DNA from: Epiperipatus broadwayi
Lineage: Eukaryota > Animalia > Onychophora
Length of the DNA stretch: 64,000 nucleotides
Assembly (NCBI GenBank): GCA_028023455.1
Contig: JAQFVV010000008.1
Span: 682,001-746,000, forward strand
Direction: 5' to 3'
Part shown: one piece after another, positions 49,981 through 64,000 of the stretch
How positions within the stretch are numbered: the stretch's first letter is position 1
Layout: the number at the start of each line of letters is the position of its first letter
Translations under genes and position numbers: made by a program
Notes under the pieces: model-generated
Told to the model about the DNA's origin: nothing
What the model saw: the letters and a program-made list of their open reading frames with translations, nothing else
Database searches by the model: none

Positions 49981-52598
49981 TAGGGTTTGCAAACTGGTTA
50001 AAACCGAAAACGATTAACCAGTTTTTTGTTAAAATTTACCTAACCATAAAACTCAGGTTTTCCCGAAAAACCGAAAATCAATTTTTTTTTGGGGGGGAGG
50101 GGGGGGGAGTTAAGTGATAAATAATTTTATTTTTACACTGTTATTCATGAAGTATTTACATTGTGATTTATTTAAATTCAAAGAAAAAGTATAGATTGTA
50201 TGAACAAACGAGCAATGTTTAAATAGTAAATAAAACATTATAGCGAAGTAAGTGGAATTTGAGTGTCAATAAATTTAAAAAGACAGAAAAAAACAATATT
50301 ATTTTTACATCGTGGTATAGATTTTATGTTGTAACAACTGCAAAAATATTAAATTTTCTTAAATAAATATTTTGCATATATAATATACTATATATTGAAT
50401 TTTAATTAAATACTTCAAAAATACATTTATAGTTATATTTGAATAAAGAATTTATACTTATAACAATAGCTTCAAGTAACTATTAATTGTATTTTATTTT
50501 AGGCTAAATATGAACAGCAAAAAATCAGGAGTATGGAAAATATTTCAAAAAGAAACAGAAAATATGGCAAAATGCATTATGTGCATTTCAGTTTTAAAAT
50601 GTGAAGGTAGGAACACATCAAATTTGGCAAATCATCTTCAAGCAAAACATAATATCGATGTTATGAAAAATGATGAAACTCCAGATAAAAAGGCAAAAAT
50701 AACTTCAAATATGCTTAATTTTATCAAAAGAGAATCTTGGGGAGAGTTATTGGCCAGATGCGAGCATATGACAGGTTTTTGATTCATGCTATGACATATT
50801 CAAACGCTATTTGAGAATTTATTACAAAACGTAGCTATGAAATGCCTAGAAGCAAAAATACAATTAAAAAATTAATCATAAATTTTTGCTAATGAGAAAA
50901 AATTAGAATTTAAAGATAAGTTTGCAAAAATGACTCAATCTGGTATGCGTTTCTCAATAACAATAGATGAATGGACTAGTTGTAATGGCAAAAGGTATTT
51001 AAATGTAACATTGCATTCTCTGGAGGATAGTTTTAAATTAGGCCTTGTTGCCATACAGACCAGTTCATGCCATACCAGGATCAGTCATTAATTGAAGAAA
51101 AATTGATAGAGTATGGCATTAAATTTCATCATATTTTGGCATCAACACAAGATGGAGCGAGAACTATGAAGAAATATACACAGTTAAATGAAATTGAAAA
51201 TCAATTTTGCATCAAGCATGCAATTCATTTGGCTGTTATAGACACTTTTTACAACAAAAATAATGTAGACAATGAAATTTCAGATTCTGAAAATGATGAT
51301 GAAGAAGCTGAAATTCAGTTTAATTTTTTTGCTGGTGATTAAAATTTAAATATAGATAGTGGGATTGATAATATTGAATACAGTTTAGAAGATGCAAACA
51401 TTAATGAAATACTGAAAAACTTTCAAAAGACTGTCAGATTTTTCAAAAAATTGCCAGTAAGAAACAATATTTGAAAAGAAAGAGGATAAAAAACCTAAAC
51501 TTATATTGGACTGTAGAACCAAATGGAACTCCCTTATACCTGTGATGGAGAGATTAATGTAACTTAAAGTTTGCTTAAAACTGCATTGGAAGAAATGGAG
51601 CATGAGGATTTATACAATGAAAATGACTTTAATATTTTAGTAAATTTAATTGAAATATTAAAGACGATAGAATTTACAGTAAAAAAACTGGTAATAGTTT
51701 GAAGACCGTACTGCTTTGGGGGAAAAAAATTATAATTTTTTGAAAATAAGAATTTCAAGGTGAAATAAAGGATTAATAACATTGTATAAATTTGAACAAA
51801 GTGGAACTTTTCCACAAAAGGACTTGATGGAATTTTCATATTCGCCTAAGGCACCAGCTTTGTCCTTGGCAATGATGTTGGTTGCAATATTATTTGGTGA
51901 TCCATTTAGTGATCCACCATTTAAAGAATTATTTGGTGATGGGGAAGAGAACCAATAGCATCCAGATAGGTATCTTTAGTACAGCAATTGCAGCATTCAA
52001 TTTTTACAGTCTTGCAGAGTTCAGAGAATTGTGTCAATGAGGGCAATCCTTCCAAAAAGAGTTGAAAATGTTTGGCATTACTAAAAAAAATCTGTAATGG
52101 TCGAAAACTTATTAAATGCATTGGCATTGATTCAACCCACATCAACAGGCATTAAAAGAGATTTTTCGATCAGCAGTAATTTCTGTACCAAATTATGTTC
52201 GTCCATAAAATATGACCCATTGGACGCATTAGTCTTCCTTAAATATTATTTTATTAAAAAACAAGATTTATAAGTTATATTTTATATTACTTTTCTATTC
52301 TTTTCACATAATGAAATATTAATAATAAAGTTATGTTATTTTTCTTTTTATTTTATATAATTCTTAAATAAAAAATAATTCTAATTGCTAAATTTTGTGT
52401 TGTATATTTTTATTTATTTTCCTTGGTTTATAGCTCAGGTATATTTAAGATAGGTTTTATTGTATATTTAAAGTAATAGTCTATTTATTTTTATACTTTA
52501 TTATAAAAAAAACGACTAAAAACTGATTAACCTGTTTTTCACTTTATGAAAAACCAAAAACCGGGTTTTGAAATTTTATTGGATTTTTGCAAGCCCTA
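49981..52598 (+). mobile_element. hAT DNA transposon with BED zinc finger, decayed
   Basis: TIRs TAGGGTTTGCAAA / TTTGCAAGCCCTA. 8-bp TSD ATAGCAAA / GTAGCAAA. BED finger SGVWKIF...AKCIMC...NTSNLANHLQAKH, plus TIDEWTS-like, TQDGA, C..HAIHLAV and C-terminal QPTST...F...LDALVFLKYYF motifs in broken frames. Confidence 0.92.
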
Positions 52599-55500
52599 GT
52601 AGCAAACTATATTTCCTGGTTACTAAGATTGAAGATTTTAGAACATTAGCATAAGAATATTGATTCCTTTTAAAATTTATAGACAAAAAAGTTTCATTGT
52701 TCAAAACAATATAGAATACAATATTATTGAGTATTATTGCTATACTTTAAAAAAGGCATCAGATTTCATTATCTGCTGATAAATGTATAAACAGCCTATT
52801 AGCCTTCTAAAAGTAGATTAACCATTCAAAAGTAAATCACAATATACTTTGTCACCTTAAGAAGATAAATTTTATGTTAAATTATAATGAATCTCATAAA
52901 ATTTTCATTAAGCTTCATAAAGCTTAACTCTGACTTTATTAATGTTACATCATTTCTAAAAGATTTTGATGCTCATAAATGTTATTATTTAGCTACTATT
53001 TTACCACGTGTAGACTAAGTTCATGTATGTGAAAGGTTGATAGTTTTGATACTGAAGAAAAGTATTTTACTTGCAATACACTAAATGTATAGAAATTAAA
53101 ACTAGTATTTTAGACACAAAGATATGTTTTGAGAAAACTAAGGGATTTGCAGAGGAAGCACTTTTACAGAGGATTTTTGGGGAAAAGTGTAATTAACCAT
53201 AGTTTGTATCAACTAAAGTTAGTTGGGATCTTAAAAATCATTTGGTTATACAAATAATATCACTGCCAAGTTCAAACTAATTGTAAAGTTCAATATCTCA
53301 TATCACATTTATAAATCAACTACATATGCTTACTGATACTCAGAACTATAATGAATTAAAGCATTCAACAAAAGTCTTTAAATCATAGAGAAATAATACT
53401 GATGAATAATGAATGAATTGTATTTTCAAACATTATCTACAAGAAGTATGTGTTGTCTTCACATAGGCACATCTCTATGAATTCCTTGTGAAAGATAGAA
53501 AATTATAAAAACCCACAATAAAATTATTTACTTTGGCAGTTTTATGTTGATAGTTGCCCCAACCCTATAGAAGTGAGATTCCTGAGCTCTTGAATTAAAA
53601 ACAACTACATATATAATCTTAGTACTCAAGAAATACCTTGTGGGTTAAGTATACTTTCTATAATGTAATATTAACTTTGCCTAGGAAGTACAATATTAAA
53701 TTACTTTGATTTAATATTGAGAGTATACCAAAATCAAAAATGGAGATTCGTTACAAATTCTTCAATATGATATTGATGCAATTGCATTTTAGAAGACTTA
53801 TCATATTAATTCTTAGTAGGAATGCATTTTAAACATGATATTGTGTCGGTCGAATGTTTGTGCTGATTCAACCAGGTTTGAAATGTAGATGAAAGTACTT
53901 CAAGACTGATCATATGCAAGATCTAAAATCAAGAATACTAGGTACTCTTCCCTTTTCATCCACCTTTCAAATCTAACAATGAATCAACAACATGTCCAAG
54001 ATATGCATAGATCCACATTTTTCCACCCATCCTGCTAGCATCAGAGAGAAACAATCGACTACAACTACTTCATTAAATCTAACTCAAGTAATGATACATA
54101 ACTCAGGTCATGTGTGAAAGACTATATGCGATACTTGGATCATCGGAAAGTTATCAAATAGATTAACATCAAAATATCATGTTTACAAATAATAAATAAA
54201 GGACTAATGTTTATTTTCACATTAAAAAAAGATACTTTAATAAAAATATTAATAAAAGGGAGGCTTTGTTCTCCGCTATTCCACAAATAACACATTATCA
54301 AAGCATTCAGTAAACTTAATATAATCTCAAGATCTAAATACTACTTTTGCAGTATGAAATTTAGGTTTGCCACATCGGCCCACTTTAACATTTAAACCAT
54401 TGACAGCATATTTTGCATGAGCAAGCTTGAATGAACTTTACAGTAATTTATTACTATCTTAACAAAATTGTACAATAATATTTCTTTGAGTGCGGCCCCC
54501 AGGAAATCAATCCAAAAATAGTGGTGCACAAACAAGTATAAAGCTTAATTTAAAATACTGATATTTTTTCCAAACCCTCTTTTAATATAAATTTAAAAGA
54601 TGTGATTTGCCATCAAATGCGAAAGACTAAATAATTGCTGGTGAGTGCTCGATGCATAAGAATATTATTAATGCCTGGAGATAAAATAAACCAGCCAACC
54701 TTAATTCGCATAATGTTGAACATGAAAATGAGAAGATCAAAATAGAAATAATTATGCACATATGCATAAAGACAAATTTCAGGTGAAAAAAAAAAAAGAA
54801 ATGCCAGCCAGCCTAGCTTAGCTAGCTAAACATTTACGTAAATCATTCATATCCTGAGAAAAATGAGAAACATTTATCTAAACTGGATGACCATGGTAAT
54901 CCGGGCAAATAAAAGATTTTTTTTTCTTCTAGCAAATCTGTAGGTTAGCAGAGTAGATGAGCAATAAACACACACGACAACAAATCAACTACAGCCAACC
55001 TCCCAGCGGAAAGCAATTACATAAAAGAAACTTCCCCAAGCTAATATGAGAATAAAATGAAATAAAGGCAACACTAAAAAGATTTCCCAAAATCCAGACT
55101 CAGCAGTAATACATGGCTGGTTATTTGATGTCTAATGACATCACACAGTTAGATTTTAACCCAAGCCCACCACGTGCGGTAAGCCATATGTTTGAATGAA
55201 ACCCATTTAATAAGCAAGAAATCTTCCCGGTAAAGCAAGATGGAATAAAATCTTTTCATATGCTTTTAATAACTAACTTGTCCCGTATGCCCAACTTAAA
55301 ACATCTATAATTACCCCCCCCCTCTTTTTTAAAGAAAATAAAACTTTTAACTTTCAAGCATACACAGGAATAGATTAAGCTTTATCAAGAAGACCGAACT
55401 GGCTAACTATCAAACAGACATATTATATGAGCAATAATATATAACTTTTAAAATATACCTATAGATTAATACCAACACCACATGAACAATGAGAAATATA

Positions 55501-57149
55501 TAATACTGATTTGATTTAAGAAATGAGGAACAACTAAGGAAAGCATGGAATTATAAAGAATGATTAAACAATAAATGGCATAATACATACAGTTACATTT
55601 ATATAAATACATTATATTAAGTCAAAGAGTTAAATGCTAATAAAAACAAATGAAAATTTAAGAAAATAGGGAAGTAAAAGTTCATGAGGAGTTATTTTAA
55701 AATGTTACCGGCACCGGATTTTGGTCTTTGCAATGGTACAATTTCCATGATGCCTAAATTCATTTGTACAAGTAGCATGCTTATTATGTGAAATACCAAT
55801 ACCAACTGCAGACAGACATTTCAACAGTTCAATTCACTTTATCACACTACAATCTTCAGCATTTGGCTGGATAGAGGCCTGGATGGCAGGCAAAGCTGAT
55901 AGAACTAGCCACCATACATGGTCTCGTCCAAAAAATGAAGTAGTTCAACCATATCACCTCATTCTTTTCGTCCCAAAAAAGATTTACATGTCCCTTTCCT
56001 TTTGTTCTCCCCACTATTTATACCTTTTAGCAAACACTCTTGTCTATTGTGTTTCATATCATTCACATCTTGACAAGCCCCCACTCTCCTTTGTTTCAAA
56101 ACAATTTTCTTTTTATCAAAATCAAACTTTAAGATTTTGTAATCTATTTTTGCTTTAACTTCTTTTTTATTATTATTAAAGAGGCCATACTTAATTGCCC
56201 TGAAGGAAACTCCAATTTAAATTTAATTTATTAAGGAATATTGGAAGGCTTATCTAAAATAAATCACATAAAATATTTTTCAACATAAGAATAAGACAAA
56301 TAAAAATATTATATTCTCAAGTTAGTTTTAGTTTCAACAGAACCTTGCATTAATTTAGACATATATATTTACCACACATACATGCCTATTTTATAAACTA
56401 TGATAAAAAAATATTTTTATGACAAGTTTCTTTTGATTACATTTACTTTACTAAATTATTTCTACCTGAATACCTCATTTCAATGATCAATAAACAGATA
56501 ACAAAAACACTTTATATTTCTGCTTATTGCAAAATTCTGTTAAATACTTTCATACAAGTAGAAACCAGGTTTGAAATACTGGTTGGTTTATGTAAGGCTG
56601 TGAAGCATGGATCTGACTTCCATATCCATTGCTTCAATATGGCTATCTTTTTTTCATATTGTCTGCTAAAGCCATCATTTTTTATTAATAATAGTTCAAA
56701 TGATATTGCTACCACCATTCATATAGATAATTTTTCTGTATGCAATTACAAATCTCTTAGTATAATCTTGTCTAAATTTCTCTTCCAGATTTTTCTATAA
56801 TTTCTATATTCATACATTTTAATTTTCATAATAGCCTTAGTGGATATGCAAATGAGAATAAAAACAGTTTGTCAACTTTTGGAATGAATATATTTAAACA
56901 AGCATTTATTTTCTAATGCCAAGCAAGAAAGAACATTTCATTCAGACAGATGGGAAACAGAGATAGCATTGAATTATGTTTTATTTTGCCAAAAAATATT
57001 TCAACATTGTGTATTGACTTATTAATATGAGACCTCCCTATAGTCAATATAAATCAAATCTAAACACTTTTGGAATTAACATTCTTATAATTGAAAATTA
57101 TTGTTTTGAGATGTAATTTAAGTGAAGCTAACTACAATTTATATGCTGG

Positions 57150-57600
57150 ATATTTTGAACAATTATCCCCAAAATATTATCCTATAACATTTTATATGTT
57201 CCTACTAGATATTTGAAGGGATAATGTTAACAACAATTTTGCCAACAATTGAGACACTTTTATGCGGTTTAAATTTAGATGACGAAAATAGCTGCAGTGA
57301 ATCAAATTTTATTTTTCACAACACACATTGAAAAGATTTTTTTTTAATAAATGAAAAATTGGAGCTATCTTTAGTGACCTGATTGCTCCTTATGATTCTG
57401 TTTGGGAAAAATCAGCTCTATAATCCTTTAATGCAGAAAAACTAATAATTTACCTGACAAAGTGTTATTCAATAGAAAAATTAAAATGACACTAAATAGT
57501 AATCATAGTAAATACAAAAATTTACATAACAGTTTTTCACATTGTCAGTGATCTTCCAGAAAAGAAAATTAATTTACTTTGACTATATTACTTTAACTTC
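57150..57600 (+). mobile_element. Decayed non-LTR RT remnant (I/Ingi/Vingi-like); extent uncertain
   Basis: 57361-57411 translates to GAIFSDLIAPYDSVWEK, resembling the GAVFVDLTAAYDTVW RT motif. Confidence 0.4.
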
Positions 57601-58235
57601 ATAAAGAAAAATTTGTTTTAGAAATAGTAAAGTATCTTAATAAAAATATAAAAAGTTTGGAAATCTTTTTTAAAAATGAAAGCTTATTCCCAATCCAACA
57701 ATATGTTCAACTTTACATCTCATAATCTGAATATAACTTTTTGCAACAATAGATTGAAACAAAATACTACTCCATGATAATTAGAAACAAAGTTAGACTT
57801 TAATCTGACTTTTATTTACTTAAGACTAGATATAAAATAATATTTAGAAATCATTTTTTTGAAAAGCAGACTGACACAAATTGGGGTTGTGATGTAAGTA
57901 CTTTGAAGATCTCTTAGTACTATATATTTGGGAATATGATATCTTTTCTGGAACAAAAGTGGCATACTGAACTTCTGGCTACTCAGTTAAATATCTATGA
58001 AAAATTTTGCCAGTACATAAGTCTATTTCTTTGAAGTGGCTTTCTGTTCTTTCATAAATTTCTCAACCAGATATCAGAAGTGAAATTGCTTCACAGAAAA
58101 TGTATTTTAAAATGTTAATTAGATCAGACCTATCTAATTTAAGATATAGTTTCATTACCTATGACTTGTTTCAAATCAAGATCAACTTTCTGGATATTTG
58201 ACCAATAATTCATATACCCAACAAGCTCTTCAAAC

Positions 58236-58640
58236 TGTAAGATCCGCACTTATGACTGTGCCAAGGTTATAACTGCACGTCATACTGTGCGGTCAGCAAA
58301 TAACATTATACAATTCCCATGCTGTTCTTTCCCAATGAAGCTCTCCAACGAATTGGTCTGCCAAGAAGCTCTCCAAACGAATTGGTCTGCAACGAAGCTC
58401 TCCAATGAATTGGTCTGCAACGAAGCTCAGCCACGGATGCTCTCCCACGAATGGTCTGCACCGACTGCTCTCCAATGAATGGTCTGCAAGCGGATGCTCT
58501 CCAAATGCATGGTCTGCAACTTGCTACTGCGTGACTGCTCTCTACTGCTGTCTATATTACACTGTTCGATGTTACCCAGTCTTCCTATTGCTGTCTGACA
58601 ACTGCAATGATCAATCAATGCACTGACCAATAAGGTAACA
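58236..58640. mobile_element. Putative solo-LTR-like element with internal ~29-31 bp tandem repeats
   Basis: TGTAA...TAACA ends and elevated GC. About six copies of GCTCTCCAA(C/T)GAA(T)TGGTCTGCAA at 58340-58520. No matching TSD. Confidence 0.4.
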
Positions 58641-59839
58641 TCTCTTATCTAGAAACATTTATAATTAGCAAATATTTCTAGGAATTGTCGATCGCCATTA
58701 TGTCAATGCACTAATTAAATTCCTCAGCTATCAGAGCGTGATCTAAAAACAGCCTTACAAATAAATTCTAGTTTTTCTGGAGTGCACAAAAATGTCTGCC
58801 ATTTTTACAAACACTACACAAACAACCAAGAATTATGGCATGAAAGTGGATTTCTTATAAGGTGGCAAACTTTTTTTTTCTAGATCCAATACAATAAAAC
58901 TAGGTGGAATTGATTTCTTTTAAACTGATATCAGTATATGTGTTGAGATTCACACCACAAAGGTAATCATTGCCAAATAAGACATCTCTTCTAAATTTAA
59001 AAAGCGATTGGTTGATTGACTACTGTATTTTTTATATATACAAAAACAATTAAATTGTAATGATGAAAGTAATGATTATTTATCTGCCATTCACGTAGTA
59101 AGTAGCATTTCTAGATTATTTTTTGCGCTTGAAAAATTCGTAAAATTTAAATATATTTTAACTACAATATTATGCAAGTAATTCTTTTGTCTTCATAAGC
59201 AATATATTTCTTACAGTAATTTATTTTATTAATTAAATTTATAATGCTTCGTACAAGTTATTTTCATAACTGCTCTATTACTCAAGTTTTAAAATTTTAG
59301 TTTTATTTCTGTCTCTTATAGAAGCTGAATTCTTTTTAATGTTTTTATATTCAGTCTGAGTATTTCCTAACTTTTAATAACATTTCTATATGTTAAAAAA
59401 AATTCAATTTTGTCTACAATGAAGTTTTATTAATTGAAAGTAAAATATATTTTTAAAAATATATGTATGCATTTACATAGTTTATAAAAAGAGATCTTCA
59501 ACTTAATTTAAATTAAAATTTATATGGTAATTACTTATTAGACCTGCTGCCCGTGTTAACAGAATTCCGTATTAAAAAGTCAGCCTGTCGTCGCAAACAC
59601 GTGCAGCTGGTTATTTCTGCGAAAATCGAAAAATAAGATGTTTTATTAGTAACTTCTTTTTTTTTACTAAAATTCTTTAATTTGACCTACAAAGATTATC
59701 GCGTACGAAGTAAACCCATTGTAGAAGGACTGATTCCGCGGTGGCTTAGATTTTTCAGCTACATAGAACGCGTATACTTAAAAATATTTTAAGTAACTGA
59801 AACACAGGCTTATTATATACCTGTGTCTATATATGTAAT

Positions 59840-60250
59840 ATATAGGGTATATGAGCACAGACTTTCACATGACCCACCACTCTCCACTTTATCTCATAAC
59901 ACTGATACACCTGAACAGGCTTCAATCTATTCCACACTCCAACTCTTCAACCATCCATCCAATTGAAAATCTGATGATGAAATGCTCAAAGGCCACCCTG
60001 AGGCCGAGATTTTTGCCACACCCATGTCCATTAAAGTATAAAGATTGGCTATCTTAATATATATCTGAGCACTTATATCATATATGTGTAGAGATGGTAA
60101 TCTGGACCAACTGATGATTGTTAGCATGAAATACATATATTGGTGATTATTTATTTTTTCAACATATATGTGTTCAGGTGTATCAGTGTTATGAGATCGA
60201 GTGGAGAGTGGTGGGTCATGTGAAAGTCTGTTCTCATATACCCTATATAT
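59840..60250. mobile_element. Family E fold-back copy; hammerhead at 60111-60143 (+) with a 5-nt deletion in stem II
   Basis: Ends ATATAGGGTATATGAGCACAGAC / GTCTGTTCTCATATACCCTATAT. The motif reads ACCAA CUGAUGA UUGUUAGCAU GAAA UACAUAUA/UUGGU. Confidence 0.78.
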
Positions 60251-61700
60251 TAAAATATTTTATTAATGTACTTTCTGATCAAGTTAATGTGAAATCACAC
60301 AGGTCAAGAATGATTTTCTACGTTAGCAATTTTATTCATTGAATTAGAATTAAATTAAAGATATGGCAATAATGAATTCTCAATAAAACATTCAAGGAAA
60401 TAATATATATATGTATTTCGCATTACATATATTTTATTTGGTCTCAAATATTGATTCCATAAAATTGCACAAAATCATATTTATAATTTATAAATAATTA
60501 TTTACACATTATAAGTATCAATTTGTGCAATTTTATGTTATCAGTATTAAAGTAAACAAAATATAATGCAGTAAATGATATTATATTTTCTTAAATGCTT
60601 TTTTTATATATATATATATAACAAATTCTCATTCAAAATAAAAATTTTAATGGAGAGAATCGTTCTGGAGTTGATTTACATATCTGCGAATAAGACGACA
60701 ATTTTTGTAAAACACCTCCTACTCCGCAGGAAAACATTGCTCCAGATCCCGTCTTGGAGGGACGGGGGACGGACGTTTCTGCTAATCTTTATTCTAATAA
60801 ATAAAAAAATATGAATAAAGTTGACACATTTATCTGAAAAGATTGTCAATAAGGAGTTTAGAAGTGCACATTAGATTGTAATGATATATATAATTTTGAA
60901 AGCTGGTTGGTTGAATAAATCCCCTGCTTTTCATTTATTAATGAAAAACAAACATTTGATCGACTTTTCAGTTTAGTGCTGGATTTTTAACATATATGCA
61001 TTATCAGCAGATGTCCAGATGAAAAAATCCATTAAATGAGATTTTTTTTAATCTGACAAAAATAAAACAGTTTTAAGTACAATAGCAATTATATATATAT
61101 ATGAATATTAGCTTTGTTATTTTGCTAAAGGTGATAACTATCAATATTTTGAATAGAGCTTGTGTTTCTATACAGACCATTAGAAATGAAATTACTTAAA
61201 AAAATATAGTACAGTATTTAATTTAGTTTAGAATTTGTAGCATTTATAAAGTGCAAATATAGTGCATAAAGTGTGAGTCATTATTTATTATAAATAGTTA
61301 TCATGAACTGAAATTTCACAGAAATCCCAAGAATGCATTTCAAAAAAATGGAATATCTTTGGAGATAATACAGATGATTGAGGAAGAAAAATATGGTCTC
61401 TGATGGATTTTATCCACTCATCCCATGATTTTTATTGTTAAGTTCTAAAAACTGGTGCATCCTTAGTGTAAATAGTGACATCATTAAGTAATACAATGAT
61501 CACCAAGAAATAAAAATTAGCTTTTCAATAAGATTAACAAAATAAGTAAAAGTAAACCAACTTATTTAAAAGATAAGAAGACTTGGAATCCGCATAGAAT
61601 TTGAAGTAACAAAGCTCTTACAAAAATAAATTTAAACAATATGTTACATATAATATTTACATGTAAAAATAAGATTTAGTTGTGAATAATATTTTTACAG

Positions 61701-61823
61701 ATGCTAATGAATGCTTGATAAATAAGGGAGGATGCAGTCAAATCTGTAATAACTATGATGGTGGATTTTTCTGTTCTTGTAATGAAGGGTTTTCATTATT
61801 AGAAGATGGAATTTCTTGTTCAG
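61701..61823 (+). CDS. Exon, cbEGF domain (DANECLINKGGCSQICNNYDGGFFCSCNEGFSLLEDGISCS)
   Basis: TTTTTACAG acceptor ending 61700, GTAAT donor at 61824. 123 bp, phase 1-1. Lies within track ORF 61682..61930. Confidence 0.92.
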
Positions 61824-61964
61824 GTAATTTTTATATTTTATTCAGTTATATATTTAACCATATTGACATTTATTTGAGTAAAAATAGTAATATTAATATG
61901 AATTGTTTCCTAAAGTCAATAAAAAATTAATAAATATAAAAAATGCAAAACTGTATAAAGATAT

Positions 61965-62260
61965 GGAAAAGTATATATTAATATTGAGTAAGGTAGATTG
62001 AAGATAAAGTAGAAAGAAGTGTTCTTGACATTATTGAATGAATTATAAGATTAAAATAAAGCTAAATTGATTATATGCTATAATAGATGACAGTAGATGG
62101 ACAGCTAAAGTTCTATATATAACTGTAAGAGAGCTAGAAAAAGACCATAAATGAAATGGATGATTAAACTAAGAAAGACTGATGTAGTGATGTATAGAAG
62201 CTACAAATAGAAAATCTGAATTAAACTTAATGTTGATAATGGTTGATGAAGAAAATAATG
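61965..62260 (+). mobile_element. Very decayed RTE 3'-end remnant
   Basis: AGATGACAGTAGATGGACA and TTGATAATGGTTGATGA match the 3' end of the intact RTE. Confidence 0.55.
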
Positions 62261-64000
62261 ATGAAATTCAAATTATTATGTAATTGATTATATGAAAATA
62301 TTTATTTATTGTTTATACTAATCCGATTTAACTGAAAACAGTTTCATTTTTTAAAAAAGAAAATAGTGAGTGAATAATACATTTTTTATATTAAAAAAAC
62401 TAATCAAATTAAATTTAAGGAATCAATAAGATCGGACAAAATAAAAATTTATAAAAAATTATAGTTGAAAAAATTGATAAATTTAGAATTAAACAATGTT
62501 AAAATATACTTATAAATTTGTTAAACAAGTAAAAAAAAATTTGATATAATTGTTATAAAACATTAATTATTATTAAACTTAGTTATGATAATAAAAGTGT
62601 TCTATTATTATCTTAAGCAAAAAATAACATAGATGAACTAGGAAAAAAATATGCATAAGGTGAAAATAAAAAGCGCTTATTATGATGTGTTAGAGCATAT
62701 CTTTTTTGAATGACCATAGTTATAGAACATTAGAGTTTAAAATAATTTAGAAAATGGACATATAATATTTTAAATTAAAAAAGCATACAGTATTTGAAAT
62801 TATGGATATTCTGTAATTATTAATATTTATTTTATTATTGATGATACAGGATATATATATATATTGAACCAAGTCCCATCAAAAGAGGTTGTTTATCTGG
62901 GTAAAATTTAAATCCCTTTTATAATAATTTTGGAATCTTTTCATATTTTTCAATATTATGAGAATGGAACGGCTCTTCAAGCAGAGAGGAGGATACCATT
63001 GATAGCATGGCCATCAATGATACTCACAGTCAGATCAGGCTATGCAAAGCATAACACAATCACATTTTCAGTTCATGGCTCACCTCGAATGCTGGATTTA
63101 AACCCCTGCCATCCAAAGCATTTTATTTGTTTTGAGAATCAACCTCAAGTGCCATCCAACCATAGGTTATATGGGCAGCATGCTTCAGATGATAGGTACA
63201 CAATCCAGCACTTGAATTATCCCATGGCTAGTTCATACTTTTAACCAGAGTCCAGCACATTTAACTTAACACATAAAAATAACTAGATTCTTAAATTACT
63301 AATGATGCAGTGACAAGAAAGAGAGAGAATAGACCAAATAATATTTAAACAAACATTAATATTTATTCAAACACACACATATACTTAATATAATATAACA
63401 ATAAATTTTTATATAATAAAATATAATATTGAAATTTACAAAACAAATATATATATATAAGTAAATACTCAGGCTAAATTACGATAGTCCTTCGTTAATT
63501 AAGGTTCATTTAAAATAAATATAAAGTGTTTATAGACCATTATTTAAAAGTGTCCTTACCAAGGTTTTCATTTGTGTAAATTTTCCAACCAGTTGGCTTT
63601 TTGATCTCTACCGATGGTTCCAGGGCTTGTCTTCATTTCTTTGGCCCAACAATGGGATAGAGAGAAAGTATGTGGCAGCTTCCACTTCACAATCTTGGCA
63701 TTGGTTCCAAGTATTGATTCAGGTGGGATAGATGATGGCTGAGGGCTTGGGGCATGAAGCCCTTTCGGATACTCCTATGGCTTATCCGACTTCTGGAATA
63801 ATGTTGACTGCAGCAGTAATGACTGGTTTACTACTACACTAAAATTTCTAAATATCTGTGTGTCTCCTTTAGTAAGAACCCAAACTCTGGATTAATAGCA
63901 ATGCAAACTATATATCAATAACACTAATAGCAATCCCGACTGTATATCACAAACCTGACTGAATAATAATAGACAGCTCCAAATTTTTATACTTTTCCTT

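Noticed and set aside
51790-52050. GC-richer stretch in the hAT that looked like a captured gene fragment
   Set aside because: The + frame (RISR.NKGLITLYKF...FSYSPK...ILFGD) continues the transposase, so there is no evidence of capture.
55723-55740. GLCNGT, a Helitron/PIF1 helicase motif
   Set aside because: An isolated six-residue match with no other helicase motifs in any nearby frame.
58340-58520. ~30-bp repeats superficially like a CRISPR array
   Set aside because: The repeats are contiguous without unique spacers, there are no cas genes, and the context is eukaryotic intron.
59540-59830. CpG-rich short segment with a terminal hairpin (ACACAGG/CCTGTGT), Helitron-like
   Set aside because: Single copy in the window with termini that are not diagnostic.
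63310-64000. GC-elevated segment at the window end, possibly an LTR
   Set aside because: Truncated by the window edge, with no TSD, PBS or coding motif visible.

Overview
AT-rich eukaryotic genomic DNA, probably from an invertebrate (the taxon cannot be determined from the sequence). The only host gene I can support is an internal part of a + strand secreted or membrane multi-EGF protein. It appears as six symmetric phase-1 exons (9800-9913, 20914-21036, 35495-35626, 41188-41343, 44257-44382, 61701-61823) that splice in frame as cbEGF-cbEGF-cbEGF-(ephrin-receptor-like Cys-rich/GCC)-cbEGF-cbEGF. The rest is intron or flank filled with mobile DNA: a near-intact full-length RTE LINE with one frameshift plus decayed relatives, two decayed Penelope-like elements (PLE), three hAT elements, a Merlin transposon, a tRNA-Gly-derived SINE and LTR-like remnants. 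The most interesting signal is RNA structure. (1) A complete HDV-like ribozyme fold starts exactly at the 5' boundary of the RTE, in the sense strand of the host intron. (2) At least three or four non-coding fold-back or tandem repeat families carry minimal type I hammerhead ribozyme motifs, with compensatory changes between copies and a PLE-type insertion architecture (inverted arm, tandem units, 12-17 bp flanking direct repeats). These look like a retrozyme-like, PLE-mobilised set of non-autonomous elements. All structures were read by eye; no folding program, search or alignment tool was run.
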